Shown: positions 19,329 to 28,505 of the stretch, piece after piece
How the letters are laid out: each line of letters opens with the position of its first letter
Numbering within the stretch: the first letter of the stretch is position 1
Origin: Candidatus Latescibacterota bacterium
Lineage (GTDB): Bacteria > Latescibacterota > UBA2968 > UBA8231
Direction of reading: 5' to 3'
NCBI GenBank assembly: GCA_965242865.1
Contig: CBDETK010000013.1
Location: forward strand, 4,256,001 to 4,320,000
DNA length: 64,000 bases
The notes under the pieces: generated by a model
Told to the model about the DNA's origin: nothing
What the model saw: only the letters and a program-made list of their open reading frames with translations
Database searches by the model: none
Made by a program: the position numbers and the translations under genes

Positions 19329-20372
19329 ATGAGTGCGGAGGGGGTTGCACAAGGGCAGTCCTACCGGCAGGTCGTCTGGAGGCAGTTCAAGAACAACAGA
19401 CCCGCTTTGCTCAGTCTCTTGGGCATCGTCTGGCTGGGACTCGTCGCCTTGAGTGCGGACTTGCTCGCCGGCGACAAGCCGTACTACATGAAGTACAAGG
19501 GCGAGATGTACTTTCCGGCCTTTCGCCAATACGCGGTCTATCTAGGGCTGATGGACTGGCCCGCAGAATTGAAGCGGCGTCGCAACTTCAAAAAGCTCGA
19601 TCTAGACGAAGCCATTTTCCCGCTGGTGCCGTATGCCCCGGGCGAAGTGCGCTTGCGGGAGAAGTACCAGGCCCCCGGAGCCGAGCACTGGCTGGGCACA
19701 GACCGCTTGGGACGCGACGTCCTGTCCGGGCTGATTCACGGTACGCGCTACGCCTTGACCATTGGCCTCGTGGCCGTGGGCATCTCGCTGGCTGTTGGCT
19801 TGGCCTTGGGCGCGTTGGCCGGCTACTTTGGCGGCTGGATCGACTTGGCGCTCTCGCGCCTTTTCGAGCTGTGGGCCGCGATCCCCAGCTTCTTCCTAAT
19901 CCTAACGGTCGCGGCGTTTTTTCCGCCGAGCCTGTTTTTCGTCATGATCATCATCGGCCTTACGAGCTGGGTCGGGATTGCCCGCTTGACGCGCTCGCAG
20001 TTTTTGCAGGTGCGTAGCTACGATTACGTGGCCGCGGCCCGCAGCCTCGGGTACTCAAACCGGCGGATCATGTTCCGCCACATCCTGCCCAACGCCATCG
20101 GCCCGATCTTGATTCCGGCGGCCTTTGGGGTGGCCGGCGCCATCCTCGCCGAGTCGGGACTGAGCTTTTTGGGCGTGGGGATGCCGGCCGAAGCGATCAC
20201 GTGGGGGGCCTTGCTGGCTGGGGCGCGCAGCAATGCGGCTGCTTGGTGGCTGGTGGTCGTGCCGGGCGTGGCCATTTTTGCCACCGTGACCCTGTACAAC
20301 CTGCTCGGCGATGGGTTGCGCGACGCGCTGGACCCCAAGCTGCGCGGCTCAGGGGCTGAGGAAAGCGGGTAG
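19329..20372 (+). CDS. Peptide ABC transporter permease (OppC/DppC-like)
   Basis: HWLGTDRLGRDVLS, DYVAAARSLG...HILPN, ESGLSFLG, GDGLRDALDP. Confidence 0.93.
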   Translation: MSAEGVAQGQSYRQVVWRQFKNNRPALLSLLGIVWLGLVALSADLLAGDKPYYMKYKGEMYFPAFRQYAVYLGLMDWPAELKRRRNFKKLDLDEAIFPLVPYAPGEVRLREKYQAPGAEHWLGTDRLGRDVLSGLIHGTRYALTIGLVAVGISLAVGLALGALAGYFGGWIDLALSRLFELWAAIPSFFLILTVAAFFPPSLFFVMIIIGLTSWVGIARLTRSQFLQVRSYDYVAAARSLGYSNRRIMFRHILPNAIGPILIPAAFGVAGAILAESGLSFLGVGMPAEAITWGALLAGARSNAAAWWLVVVPGVAIFATVTLYNLLGDGLRDALDPKLRGSGAEESG

Positions 20373-21620
20373 GGATTCGTTGGCGACGATTTGGTCGAGG
20401 GTCTGCCGCTGGCGCAGCAGGTGGAGCTCGCCGTCGGTGCCGAGCAGGACCTCGCAGGCTTCCGGGAAGGAATTGTAGTTTTTGGCGGCCATGCCCGCGC
20501 AATAGGCCCCGCTGCCGCCGATAAAAACCGCGTCGCCGATGCGCGGCTCGGCGAGGGTGCGTGGGGCCAGCTCTTCGGGGTTGCCCGGGGTTGGCGTGAG
20601 GATATCCCCGCTTTCACAGCAATGACCGGCGATTAGGTACTGGCCTTGGCCGCGCTCTTGGGGCGTGGCCGGGATGACGACGATGGGGTGTTGCGCCCCG
20701 TACAGGCTGGGGCGCAGCCCCTCGGTCATTCCGCTATCGACCTTGATGAAGCAATGCCCCTGCTGGCCGGTGTCGACCACGTCGACGACGCTGCAGACGA
20801 TGGCCCCGGCGTTGCCCACCAAGAAGGTCCCTGGTTCGATTTCGAGATGCAGGTTGCGGCCGTGCTCGCGGGCGAAGCGGTTGAATTCGGCGGCCACCGG
20901 TTGGCCGGCTTGGCGTAAGTCGGTTGACTCTTCGTCGGCCATGCGCCCGATCTTGAAGCCGCCGCCCATATTCACGCACCGGACCTCGGGCAGCTCGGCG
21001 GCCACGCCGAGCGTTAGCCGGGCGCAGTGCTGCCACACCGCGGGGTCGCTGCCCGAGCCGATATGGCTGTGCAAGCCGGTGATGCGCAAGCCGTGGGCCG
21101 CGGCGGTCGTGCTCACTTGCTCTAGGTGTTCGTGCCAGATGCCGAAGCTCGCCGAAGGGCCGCCGGTATTGGTGCGATTGCTGTGCCCCGAGCCTAGGCC
21201 TGGGTTGACGCGCACGGAGACTTCGCGGCCCGGAAAGAGCCGGCCGTAGGCTGCGAGCTGATGCAGGGAACAGGCATTGAAGAGCACGCCTTGGCGCACG
21301 AGGTCTGCTAAATTGTCGGGCAGTTGCTGGGCCGTAATTTGAATTTGGGCCGCGGGGACGCCGGCGCGCATGGCCCGCCGTGCTTCGTAGCCGCTGCTCG
21401 CGTCGATGTGCAGGCCGGCGCGATTGAGAATGCGGATCACGCCGGCGGCCGGGCAGGCTTTCACGGCATAGCGCACGGTCAGACCGTAGGCATTGGGGAA
21501 GGTTAGGGCCGTTTGGGCTTGGGATTCCAAGGTCTTTTGATCATAGACAAAGGAGGGCGTCCCAAACCGGCGTTGGACGGCGCGAACTTGGGCTTCAGAA
21601 AGGAGTGAAAGCCGTTCCAT
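20349..21620 (-). CDS. lysA: Diaminopimelate decarboxylase
   Basis: FGTPSFVYD, YAVKA (PLP Lys), HSHIGSG, MGGG, IEPG, CESGD, GAYC...NYNS. Confidence 0.9.
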   Translation of the reverse strand: MERLSLLSEAQVRAVQRRFGTPSFVYDQKTLESQAQTALTFPNAYGLTVRYAVKACPAAGVIRILNRAGLHIDASSGYEARRAMRAGVPAAQIQITAQQLPDNLADLVRQGVLFNACSLHQLAAYGRLFPGREVSVRVNPGLGSGHSNRTNTGGPSASFGIWHEHLEQVSTTAAAHGLRITGLHSHIGSGSDPAVWQHCARLTLGVAAELPEVRCVNMGGGFKIGRMADEESTDLRQAGQPVAAEFNRFAREHGRNLHLEIEPGTFLVGNAGAIVCSVVDVVDTGQQGHCFIKVDSGMTEGLRPSLYGAQHPIVVIPATPQERGQGQYLIAGHCCESGDILTPTPGNPEELAPRTLAEPRIGDAVFIGGSGAYCAGMAAKNYNSFPEACEVLLGTDGELHLLRQRQTLDQIVANESLPAFLSP

Positions 21621-21677
21621 TAAATGCCCCTAACTTGATATTTTTCAATAGAATCCGTAGGTTATGAAAGCCTTTTT

Positions 21678-21706
21678 AGTATCGCTGCCCCAGCCCATTT
21701 TGTCAA
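21678..21706 (-). promoter_or_regulatory. Candidate sigma70 promoter for lysA
   Basis: Minus strand TTGACA-N17-GATACT in the AT-rich divergent gap. Confidence 0.4.
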
Positions 21707-21713
21707 GCTCCTG

Positions 21714-23537
21714 ATGGCCACTCACATCCTCGGTATTTCCGCGTTCTACCACGATAGTGCGGCCTGTTTGGTGCGCGACGGCGCGATCGTCGCCGCGGCC
21801 CAAGAGGAGCGATTCTCGCGCATTAAACACGACCCAGAGTTTCCCGCTCGCGCGGTCGCCTACTGCCTGCGAGCGGGCGGTATTGAGGCCAAAGACCTGC
21901 ACTGCGTGGGGTTTTACGACAAACCTTTGCTGACCTTTGAACGCCTGCTAGAGACCCATCTCGGCACGGTGCCGTTGGGCCTTCGCCTCTACTGGAAGAG
22001 CATGAGGGTCTGGCTAGAAAAAAAGTTGTGGATCCCGCAGTTGATTCAAGAGCAGCTAGGCTGCGATGTCCCGGTGCTGTTCGGCGACCATCACGAGTCG
22101 CACGCGGCGTCGGCGTTTTATCCGTCTCCGTACCGAGAAGCGGCCATCGCTACTTTGGACGGGGTGGGCGAGTGGACCACTACGAGCTATGGCTATGGCC
22201 GAGATGCCGAGATTCACACGCTAGCGGACCTCAAGTTTCCCCACTCGCTCGGTCTGTTCTACTCGGCTTTTACCTATTTTGCCGGCTTCAGGGTCAACTC
22301 CGGCGAGTACAAGCTGATGGGGCTGGCCCCTTATGGCGAGCCTAAGTACGTCGATCTCATGCTTAGCGAGATAATTGACCTGAAGGACGACGGCTCTTTC
22401 AAGCTCAATACTCGTTACTTCAACTACCTATCCGGCCTGACGATGACCAGTCGGGCCATGGACGCGCTGTTCGGGCAAGGGCCGCGGCGGCCCGAGACGC
22501 CCCTGACTCAGCGCGAGATGGATATTGCGCGCTCCTGTCAGGTCGTCACCGAGGAGGTCGTGTTGCGCATTGCCCGCACGGCCCACAGAGAAACCCAGCT
22601 CAAAAACTTGTGTCTGGCCGGTGGTGTGGCACTCAATTGCGTCGCCAATGGCCGCATTTTGCGCGAAGGCCCCTTTGAAAACATCTGGGTCCAGCCGGCG
22701 GCCGGCGATGCCGGCGGGGCCTTGGGCGTCGCGCTGGCGCTGTGGTACAATCACTTGGGCCACGAGCGCGTGGCCGACGGCGAAAACGACGCGATGCGGG
22801 CGTCGCTGTTAGGGCCTGAGTACGGGGACGAAGAAATCCGCCAATCCATTGAGCAGCAGGCCGGGGTGGCGTGCAAGCTCGCCGAGGCCGAGTTGCCGGG
22901 GCGCGTGGCCGAGCTCTTGGCTGCGGGCAAGGTCGTCGGCTTTTTTCAGGGGCGGATGGAATTTGGGCCGCGGGCGCTCGGTGCTCGGTCGATTCTCGGC
23001 GACCCGCGCTCGCCGCAGATGCAGTCGGTGATGAACCGCAAGATCAAGTTCCGCGAGAGTTTCCGCCCCTTTGCCCCGACGGTCCTGCGCGAATGCGTCC
23101 ACGAGTTCTTTGAGCTAGATGCCGACTCGCCGTACATGCTGCAAGTGGCCCCCATCAAGGCGGAACGGCAGATTCCCCTGCGTGCGGACCAGCAGCGGCT
23201 GGCTGGCATTGACAAGCTAAAGGTGCCGCGCTCGGATATGCCGGCCGTCACCCACGTCGATTACTCGGCGCGGGTGCAGACGCTGCGCCGGCAAGATCAC
23301 CCGCGCTACTACGACGTGATTCGCGCCTTCGAGAGCCTGACCGGCTATCCAGTGGTCGTCAACACGTCCTTCAACGTGCGCGGCGAACCCATCGTCCAAA
23401 GCCCAGCAGACGCCTATCGCTGCTTCATGCGGACGGAGATGGATTTTTTGGTTATAGGCTCTTATCTCTTGGACAAGAAAGACCAGCCGCCGTGGCCGGA
23501 AGAGCGGGATTGGCAAGAGGAGTTTGAGCTTGACTGA
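21714..23537 (+). CDS. O-carbamoyltransferase (NodU/CmcH family)
   Basis: ILGISAFYHDSAA, QEERFSRIKHD, HHESHAASAF, DGVGE, EYKLMGLAPYG, AGGVALNC, EFGPRALG, KFRESFRPFAP, NTSFN. Confidence 0.95.
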   Translation: MATHILGISAFYHDSAACLVRDGAIVAAAQEERFSRIKHDPEFPARAVAYCLRAGGIEAKDLHCVGFYDKPLLTFERLLETHLGTVPLGLRLYWKSMRVWLEKKLWIPQLIQEQLGCDVPVLFGDHHESHAASAFYPSPYREAAIATLDGVGEWTTTSYGYGRDAEIHTLADLKFPHSLGLFYSAFTYFAGFRVNSGEYKLMGLAPYGEPKYVDLMLSEIIDLKDDGSFKLNTRYFNYLSGLTMTSRAMDALFGQGPRRPETPLTQREMDIARSCQVVTEEVVLRIARTAHRETQLKNLCLAGGVALNCVANGRILREGPFENIWVQPAAGDAGGALGVALALWYNHLGHERVADGENDAMRASLLGPEYGDEEIRQSIEQQAGVACKLAEAELPGRVAELLAAGKVVGFFQGRMEFGPRALGARSILGDPRSPQMQSVMNRKIKFRESFRPFAPTVLRECVHEFFELDADSPYMLQVAPIKAERQIPLRADQQRLAGIDKLKVPRSDMPAVTHVDYSARVQTLRRQDHPRYYDVIRAFESLTGYPVVVNTSFNVRGEPIVQSPADAYRCFMRTEMDFLVIGSYLLDKKDQPPWPEERDWQEEFELD

Positions 23538-23955
23538 GGCCAAGAGCTACTGGGGAATTGCGGTGCCCAGCCGCGGCGATTTGCGCCGATTCGGAGTCGT
23601 GCTGGCGGCGTTGCTGGCCTTGCTGGGCGGCTATCTGTGGTACGTGGAAGCTCGGGGCCCTGCCCAGCTCGTCCATGCGGTTTCGCTGGTGTTGCTCGGG
23701 GCCGGCGTAGCACTGCCCGTCGCGCTCAAGCCGATTTACTTTCCCTATATGTGGCTGGCGAAGATCGTGGCCTTTGTCAATATCCACCTGCTCTTAGGGT
23801 TGGTGTTCTACACGCTTTTTGCGCTGGTCGGGCTTGGGATGCGCCTGTTGGGGCGCGATCCGCTCGATCGCAAAATCGCCCCCGACGCAAAAAGTTACTG
23901 GCAGCGTCGGGCCTCTTCTTCGTTTCCCCGCGACCATTATCGCAAGCGTTTTTGA
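23524..23955 (+). CDS. SxtJ-family membrane protein
   Basis: Follows the carbamoyltransferase; DLRRFG, TM helices, W...A...N..LL..VFY, LGRDPL..K...SYW; exact start uncertain. Confidence 0.75.
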   Translation: MSLTEAKSYWGIAVPSRGDLRRFGVVLAALLALLGGYLWYVEARGPAQLVHAVSLVLLGAGVALPVALKPIYFPYMWLAKIVAFVNIHLLLGLVFYTLFALVGLGMRLLGRDPLDRKIAPDAKSYWQRRASSSFPRDHYRKRF

Positions 23956-23969
23956 AGGGCCCCTAAGCC

Positions 23970-23998
23970 TTGCTCTTGTTTTGGGCAGCCGTTATATT
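23970..23998 (+). promoter_or_regulatory. Candidate sigma70 promoter for the tadA-tRNA-ffs cluster
   Basis: TTGCTC-N17-TATATT, 36 nt before the tadA ATG. Confidence 0.45.
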
Positions 23999-24034
23999 TA
24001 CCCCCGCTTGGGAGGCCCCTTCAAGCGGCCTCAA

Positions 24035-24520
24035 ATGAATTATACGAAAGAACTTAGCTCATTCGCCCAAGACGATCATTGGATGCGCGAGGCCCTGCGC
24101 GAGGCCGAGCTCGCCGGCCGTCGCGGCGAGGTGCCTGTCGGTGCTGTCGTCGTTGGAGCCGGGCGAGTTTTGGGCCGGGCCGGCAACGCCATTGAAGCGG
24201 CGCAGGATCCCACGGCGCACGCGGAAATGTTGGCCTTGCGCCAAGCCGCAGCCGCGCTGGGGACGCGGCGCTTGTTGGCGACGACGCTCTATGCCACCTT
24301 GGAACCTTGCGCCATGTGCGCCGGGGCTGCGGTGTTGGCCCGAGTGCCGCGGTTGGTCTTCGGGGCCGCCGATCCCAAATCCGGTGCTTGCGGCTCGTTG
24401 CGCAATGTCGCGGAGGATCCGCGGCTCAATCATCGCTGTCAGGTCCGCGGCGGAGTGCTAAAGCAAGAATGTGCCGAGTTGCTCAAGGGCTTTTTTGCGG
24501 CCCTGCGAGCGGCCAAGTAG
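24035..24520 (+). CDS. tadA: tRNA adenosine(34) deaminase
   Basis: GEVPVGAVVV, DPTAHAE, TLEPCAMC, DPKSGACGS, LNH; ATG at 24035. Confidence 0.93.
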   Translation: MNYTKELSSFAQDDHWMREALREAELAGRRGEVPVGAVVVGAGRVLGRAGNAIEAAQDPTAHAEMLALRQAAAALGTRRLLATTLYATLEPCAMCAGAAVLARVPRLVFGAADPKSGACGSLRNVAEDPRLNHRCQVRGGVLKQECAELLKGFFAALRAAK

Positions 24521-24525
24521 ATTGG

Positions 24526-24615
<90 letters not shown>

Positions 24616-24621
24616 TTTTGT

Positions 24622-24712
24622 GGAGAGATGGCCGAGTGGTCGAAGGTGCACGACTGGAAATCGTGTGTAGGGCAATCCCCTACCGTGGGTTCGAATCCCA
24701 CTCTCTCCGCCA
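24622..24712 (+). tRNA. tRNA-Ser (anticodon GGA)
   Basis: GGAGAGA/TCTCTCC acceptor; CACGA-CTGGAAA-TCGTG; long variable arm; T-loop; CCA. Confidence 0.97.
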
Positions 24713-24726
24713 TAATTGATCCGGAT

Positions 24727-24802
24727 GGGGCAGTAGCTCAGCTGGGAGAGCGCCAGGTTCGCAATCTGGAGGTCGTGGGTTCGATCCCCATCTGCTCCAC
24801 CA
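24727..24802 (+). tRNA. tRNA-Ala (anticodon CGC)
   Basis: 76 nt; GGGGCAG/CTGCTCC acceptor with G3:U70; CCAGG-TTCGCAA-TCTGG; CCA. Confidence 0.97.
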
Positions 24803-24831
24803 TATTTCCCGGGTTTGGTAAATGTAGATTT

Positions 24832-25104
24832 AGGTCGTGCTAGATGGGGAGATAGCGGTGCCCTGTACCCGCAATCCGCTATAGCGGGATTGAATTCCCA
24901 TCCGAGGTTTTTGCACCTCTTGTTCGACCAGAGCAAAGTGGCGTTGAAGACCGGATTCTGCGCAATCAAGAACTTCTGAACCCCGTCAGGACCGGAAGGT
25001 AGCAGCGGTAGGAATGGTCTCTTGGTGTGCCGCAGAGTCGTCCGGTTGGAGCCAACTGGCCCTGGGCAGGCTTGAGGGCGGGATCGAAGATGGGTGCACG
25101 GCCT
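24832..25104 (+). ncRNA. ffs: Signal recognition particle RNA, large bacterial (Alu-domain) type
   Basis: Helix 8 motif GTCAGGACCGGAAGGTAGCAGC; 5' CGTGCTAGATGGGGAGATAGCGGTGCCCTGTACCCGCAATCCGCTATAGC resembles the Bacillus scRNA Alu domain; ends pair (AGGTCGTGC/GCACGGCCT); lies between tadA and dnaX. Confidence 0.92.
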
Positions 25105-25150
25105 TTTAACTTTTTTCTTCCCTTCAGCTTGGCTGGGTCGAGCAACGCAA

Positions 25151-26773
25151 ATGGCCTATCAGGTAACAGCGCGCAAGTGGCGTCCTCGCCAATTCGACGA
25201 AGTCGTCGGGCAGGAGCATATCACTGCCACCTTAAAGAATGCCGTCCATTCCGAGCGCGTCGCGCAGTGCTACCTGTTTTGCGGCCCTCGCGGCGTGGGC
25301 AAGACCACGACCGCGCGGATTCTCGCCAAGGTCCTCAATTGCACCGCCCCCCGCGACGGCAATCCCTGCGAGGCGTGCGATTCCTGCCAGAGCATCGCGG
25401 CCTCCATCAGCATGAACGTGCTGGAAATCGACGGAGCCTCCAACAACGGCATCGATGACATCCGCGAGCTGCGCGAAGTGGTGCGCTACGCCGCGACCGA
25501 AGGCGTCTATAAAATTTACATCATTGACGAAGTTCACATGCTCTCGACCGCGGCCTTCAATGGGCTGCTGAAGACGCTGGAGGAGCCGCCGGAGCACGTG
25601 GTTTTCATCTTCGCCACCACCGAGGTGCAAGCCGTCCCCCAAACCATTCTCTCGCGCTGTCAGCGTTTCAATTTTCGCCGCATCTCAACCGAGCAGATCG
25701 CCGCTCATCTCGCCACCATTGCCCAAGCCGAAGGCATCGCAGTTGAAGAGGGTGCGCTCCACCTGCTGGCTAGCCGGGCAGACGGCGCCTTGCGCGACGC
25801 CGAGAGCCTGCTCGACCAAGTGGTCTCATTTGGGTCGGAGGTGTCGCAGCAAGCCGTGGTTCAGGTGCTGGGGCTCGTCGACCGTGGCCTCTACTTTGAA
25901 CTGCTCGATGCCGTGCGCGAAGCGGCGCCCGCCCAGGTGCTGGCTATCGTCGCCCAGGCCGTTGACGAAGGGGTCGATATTGAGGAGTTCGTCTATGGCC
26001 TAGTTGAGCTTTTGCGCCACCTGCTCTTCGCCAAGATACAGGGCCGGGCCGATGAGCTGGACATGGCCGAAGACGCCCGCCGCCGCTGCGGCGAACTCGC
26101 AGACGCCATGGCCGTTGAGGACCTGCTTCGCATGATGCAGTCGCTCCTCGATTTAGAAGCGGATATAAAGCGCTCGGTACAGCCGCGCTTCCGCGTAGAA
26201 ATCGCCTTGGTGCATCTGGCGCTGATGGGCCGGTCTGTCGATGTGGGCGAGCTGCTGCACCGCTTGCAGTCGCTCGAAGGTGCCGCACCGCGCCCGGCCG
26301 CGCCCTCGTCTCCAAAGGTTCGCCGCGAACCGGCCGCGCCGCCAAGGGTTCGCCGCGAACCGGCTGCGGCCGCGCCTCCGCCTCCCGCCCAGCAGCAAAT
26401 CGCCGCTCCTGCTGAGTCGAGCAATGCCGCTGGTGGTCTGAGCTTTGATCAGGTGCGCACCACTTGGGCCGAGTTAGTCAATGCCGTGCGTGCCGCCCAG
26501 CCATCGCTGGCCAACTTTCTCAATGGGGCGGCCTTAGACAGTCTAGAAGGCCACGTGCTCAGGCTGAGCTTTGGTAATCGCTTTGCCATGAACCAAGTGA
26601 TCAAAAATCGAGAGAGCGTAGAGGGGATCGCCGCGGCGAAGTACGGGCAGCGACTGCGCTTGGAGGCCGTGGTAAAGAAGGGCGATCAGCCGGCCCCGCC
26701 GCCGGCGAGCCAGCCCGAGTCCGACCCCACCTTGCGCTCGGTGCTCGACACGTTTGACGGCGAGTTGGTCTGA
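25151..26773 (+). CDS. dnaX: DNA polymerase III subunit gamma/tau
   Basis: MAYQVTARKWRP, GPRGVGKTT, zinc Cys cluster, EIDGASNNGIDDIR, IIDEVHML, SRC. Confidence 0.97.
   Translation: MAYQVTARKWRPRQFDEVVGQEHITATLKNAVHSERVAQCYLFCGPRGVGKTTTARILAKVLNCTAPRDGNPCEACDSCQSIAASISMNVLEIDGASNNGIDDIRELREVVRYAATEGVYKIYIIDEVHMLSTAAFNGLLKTLEEPPEHVVFIFATTEVQAVPQTILSRCQRFNFRRISTEQIAAHLATIAQAEGIAVEEGALHLLASRADGALRDAESLLDQVVSFGSEVSQQAVVQVLGLVDRGLYFELLDAVREAAPAQVLAIVAQAVDEGVDIEEFVYGLVELLRHLLFAKIQGRADELDMAEDARRRCGELADAMAVEDLLRMMQSLLDLEADIKRSVQPRFRVEIALVHLALMGRSVDVGELLHRLQSLEGAAPRPAAPSSPKVRREPAAPPRVRREPAAAAPPPPAQQQIAAPAESSNAAGGLSFDQVRTTWAELVNAVRAAQPSLANFLNGAALDSLEGHVLRLSFGNRFAMNQVIKNRESVEGIAAAKYGQRLRLEAVVKKGDQPAPPPASQPESDPTLRSVLDTFDGELV
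26312..26368. repeat. 30-bp-period imperfect tandem duplication with internal palindrome in the dnaX linker
   Basis: CCAA(A/G)GGTTCGCCGCGAACCGGC(C/T)GCG at 26312 and 26342. Confidence 0.85.
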
Positions 26774-26781
26774 AAAACCGC

Positions 26782-27378
26782 ATGGAACCTCTGGCCCTCG
26801 AAGACTTGATCGTCGCGTTTGCCAAGCTGCCCGGCATTGGCCGCAAGACAGCACAGCGCTTGGCGCTCTATGTGGTCAAGAGGCCGCGCGAGGAAGCCGA
26901 GTTGCTCGCCCAGGCCCTCATTGCCGCCAAAGACCAGATCGAGCACTGCACAGCCTGCTATAATTTCACCCAAAAGGGCGAGCCCCTGTGCGAAGTCTGC
27001 CGAGACACCCGGCGCGACCAGCAGTTCCTCTGCGTGGTGGCCGAAGCCAGCGACGTGCTGGCCTTTGAGATGAGTCAGTTTTACTCTGGAGCGTATCACG
27101 TGCTCGGTGGAGTGCTCTCCCCCCAAGACGGAGTGCTGCCCGAAGATTTGCACCTCGAGTCCTTGGTCGAGCGCGTGCGGCAGCAGGGCGTTGAGGAAGT
27201 AATGCTCGCGCTCAACGCCAACGCCGAGGGCGATGCCACCGCTCACTTCATCGCGCAGCAGCTCATGCCGCTGACCAAGGTGTCGAGGCTGGCGCGTGGC
27301 TTGCCGGTGGGCGCGGATTTGGACTTGGCCGACAGCGTCACCCTCTCCCTCGCCTTTGCCGGCCGGTCGTCCCTGTAA
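26782..27378 (+). CDS. recR: Recombination mediator RecR
   Basis: LPGIGRKTAQRLA HhH; C4 zinc finger; YHVLGG.LSP; EGDATA; SRLARGLPVG. Confidence 0.96.
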   Translation: MEPLALEDLIVAFAKLPGIGRKTAQRLALYVVKRPREEAELLAQALIAAKDQIEHCTACYNFTQKGEPLCEVCRDTRRDQQFLCVVAEASDVLAFEMSQFYSGAYHVLGGVLSPQDGVLPEDLHLESLVERVRQQGVEEVMLALNANAEGDATAHFIAQQLMPLTKVSRLARGLPVGADLDLADSVTLSLAFAGRSSL

Positions 27379-27385
27379 GGTCGTC

Positions 27386-27988
27386 ATGCACCGGCGCGAT
27401 ATTTTTAACTTGCCCAACGGACTGACCGCGCTCAGGATCGGTTTGACGCCGCTGTTCTTGCTGTTGCTCCTCACCGATACTTGGTACTTGAAAAGCCTAG
27501 CCTTCGTCGTCTTCAGCGCGGCTTCCCTGACCGATTTCTACGACGGCAAGCTAGCCCGTGCCGGCAACCAAGTGACGCCGCTAGGGCGCTTCTTGGATCC
27601 ATTGGCCGACAAGATCTTGGTGACGTCGGCGCTCGTCGCGCTGGCGTTGGATAAGATGGTCAATTTTTGGCTGGTCTTGCCCATCGTCGGGCGCGACATC
27701 CTGATTACGGGCATGCGCCTCTACGGGCTGTACCGGGGCCGCCCCATGGTCACCTCGCGCTTGGCCCAGTGGAAGACCGCGGTCCAGCTTTTCACGGTAA
27801 TTTTCATTCTCTTCGTCATTGGCCTCGAGGAGGCTATGGGGCGTTTTGCCGCAGGTCATCTCTTCTTTCTCGACGACCAGCTAATCCAACTTTTGGCCAA
27901 TGCCTTGCTGGCGGGGGTGCTGCTGCTGACGCTGCTATCGGGGTTTCACTACCTGTTCCGCGCGACCTCTTCCTACAAGGAACCCTAA
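27386..27988 (+). CDS. pgsA: CDP-diacylglycerol--glycerol-3-phosphate 3-phosphatidyltransferase
   Basis: NLPNGLTALRI; DFYDGKLAR...GRFLDPLADK CDP-alcohol phosphotransferase motif. Confidence 0.9.
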   Translation: MHRRDIFNLPNGLTALRIGLTPLFLLLLLTDTWYLKSLAFVVFSAASLTDFYDGKLARAGNQVTPLGRFLDPLADKILVTSALVALALDKMVNFWLVLPIVGRDILITGMRLYGLYRGRPMVTSRLAQWKTAVQLFTVIFILFVIGLEEAMGRFAAGHLFFLDDQLIQLLANALLAGVLLLTLLSGFHYLFRATSSYKEP

Positions 27989-28013
27989 GCGCGGCGTAGA
28001 GGGCGCGTTTCTT

Positions 28014-28472
28014 CTGAACCGACTGATCGCCACGCTCTTTTTTAGCGGCTATGCCCCAGTGGCCCCCGGTACGGCTGGGACCGCGCTCGTCGCTCTGTTG
28101 TACTGGCTGTTTTTCCTGTTTTTCCCGCCGTTGGGGACGCTGCCGTGGCTGGGGGTGCTTTTGGCCGCTTCGGCCATTGGGGTGCATAGCGCGGGCCGGG
28201 CGGCCCCGGAGTGGGGCAAAGACCCTGGGCAGGTCGTCGTGGACGAGGGGGTGGGCTTTCTCTTTGCAGTGGCATTTTTGCCCCCGAGCGTTGGGATGGC
28301 TATCGCGGGCTTCTTGGTCTTTCGCGCCCTCGATGTGGTCAAGCCGCCCCCGGCGCGCCGGCTAGAAGCCCTGCCCGGCGGGTGGGGCATTGTGGCCGAC
28401 GACGTGGTCGCCGGCCTGTACAGCAACGCGGTCATTCGCTCGTCGTCCTATTTGGTCGAGTGGGCGGGCTAG
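28014..28472 (+). CDS. pgpA: Phosphatidylglycerophosphatase A (start uncertain: CTG 28014 or GTG 28059)
   Basis: GYAPVAPGTAGT, KDPGQVVVDE, FRALDVVKP, GGWGIVADD..AG. Confidence 0.88.
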   Translation: MNRLIATLFFSGYAPVAPGTAGTALVALLYWLFFLFFPPLGTLPWLGVLLAASAIGVHSAGRAAPEWGKDPGQVVVDEGVGFLFAVAFLPPSVGMAIAGFLVFRALDVVKPPPARRLEALPGGWGIVADDVVAGLYSNAVIRSSSYLVEWAG

Positions 28473-28505
28473 ACCGACACCACACTTTCAATTGAGGGGA
28501 TTTCC

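Noticed and set aside
21714-23955. Saxitoxin gene cluster
   Set aside because: SxtI/J-like genes are widespread; no sxtA or other pathway genes are present
26280-26400. E. coli-type -1 frameshift site in dnaX
   Set aside because: No A AAA AAG heptamer or long A run
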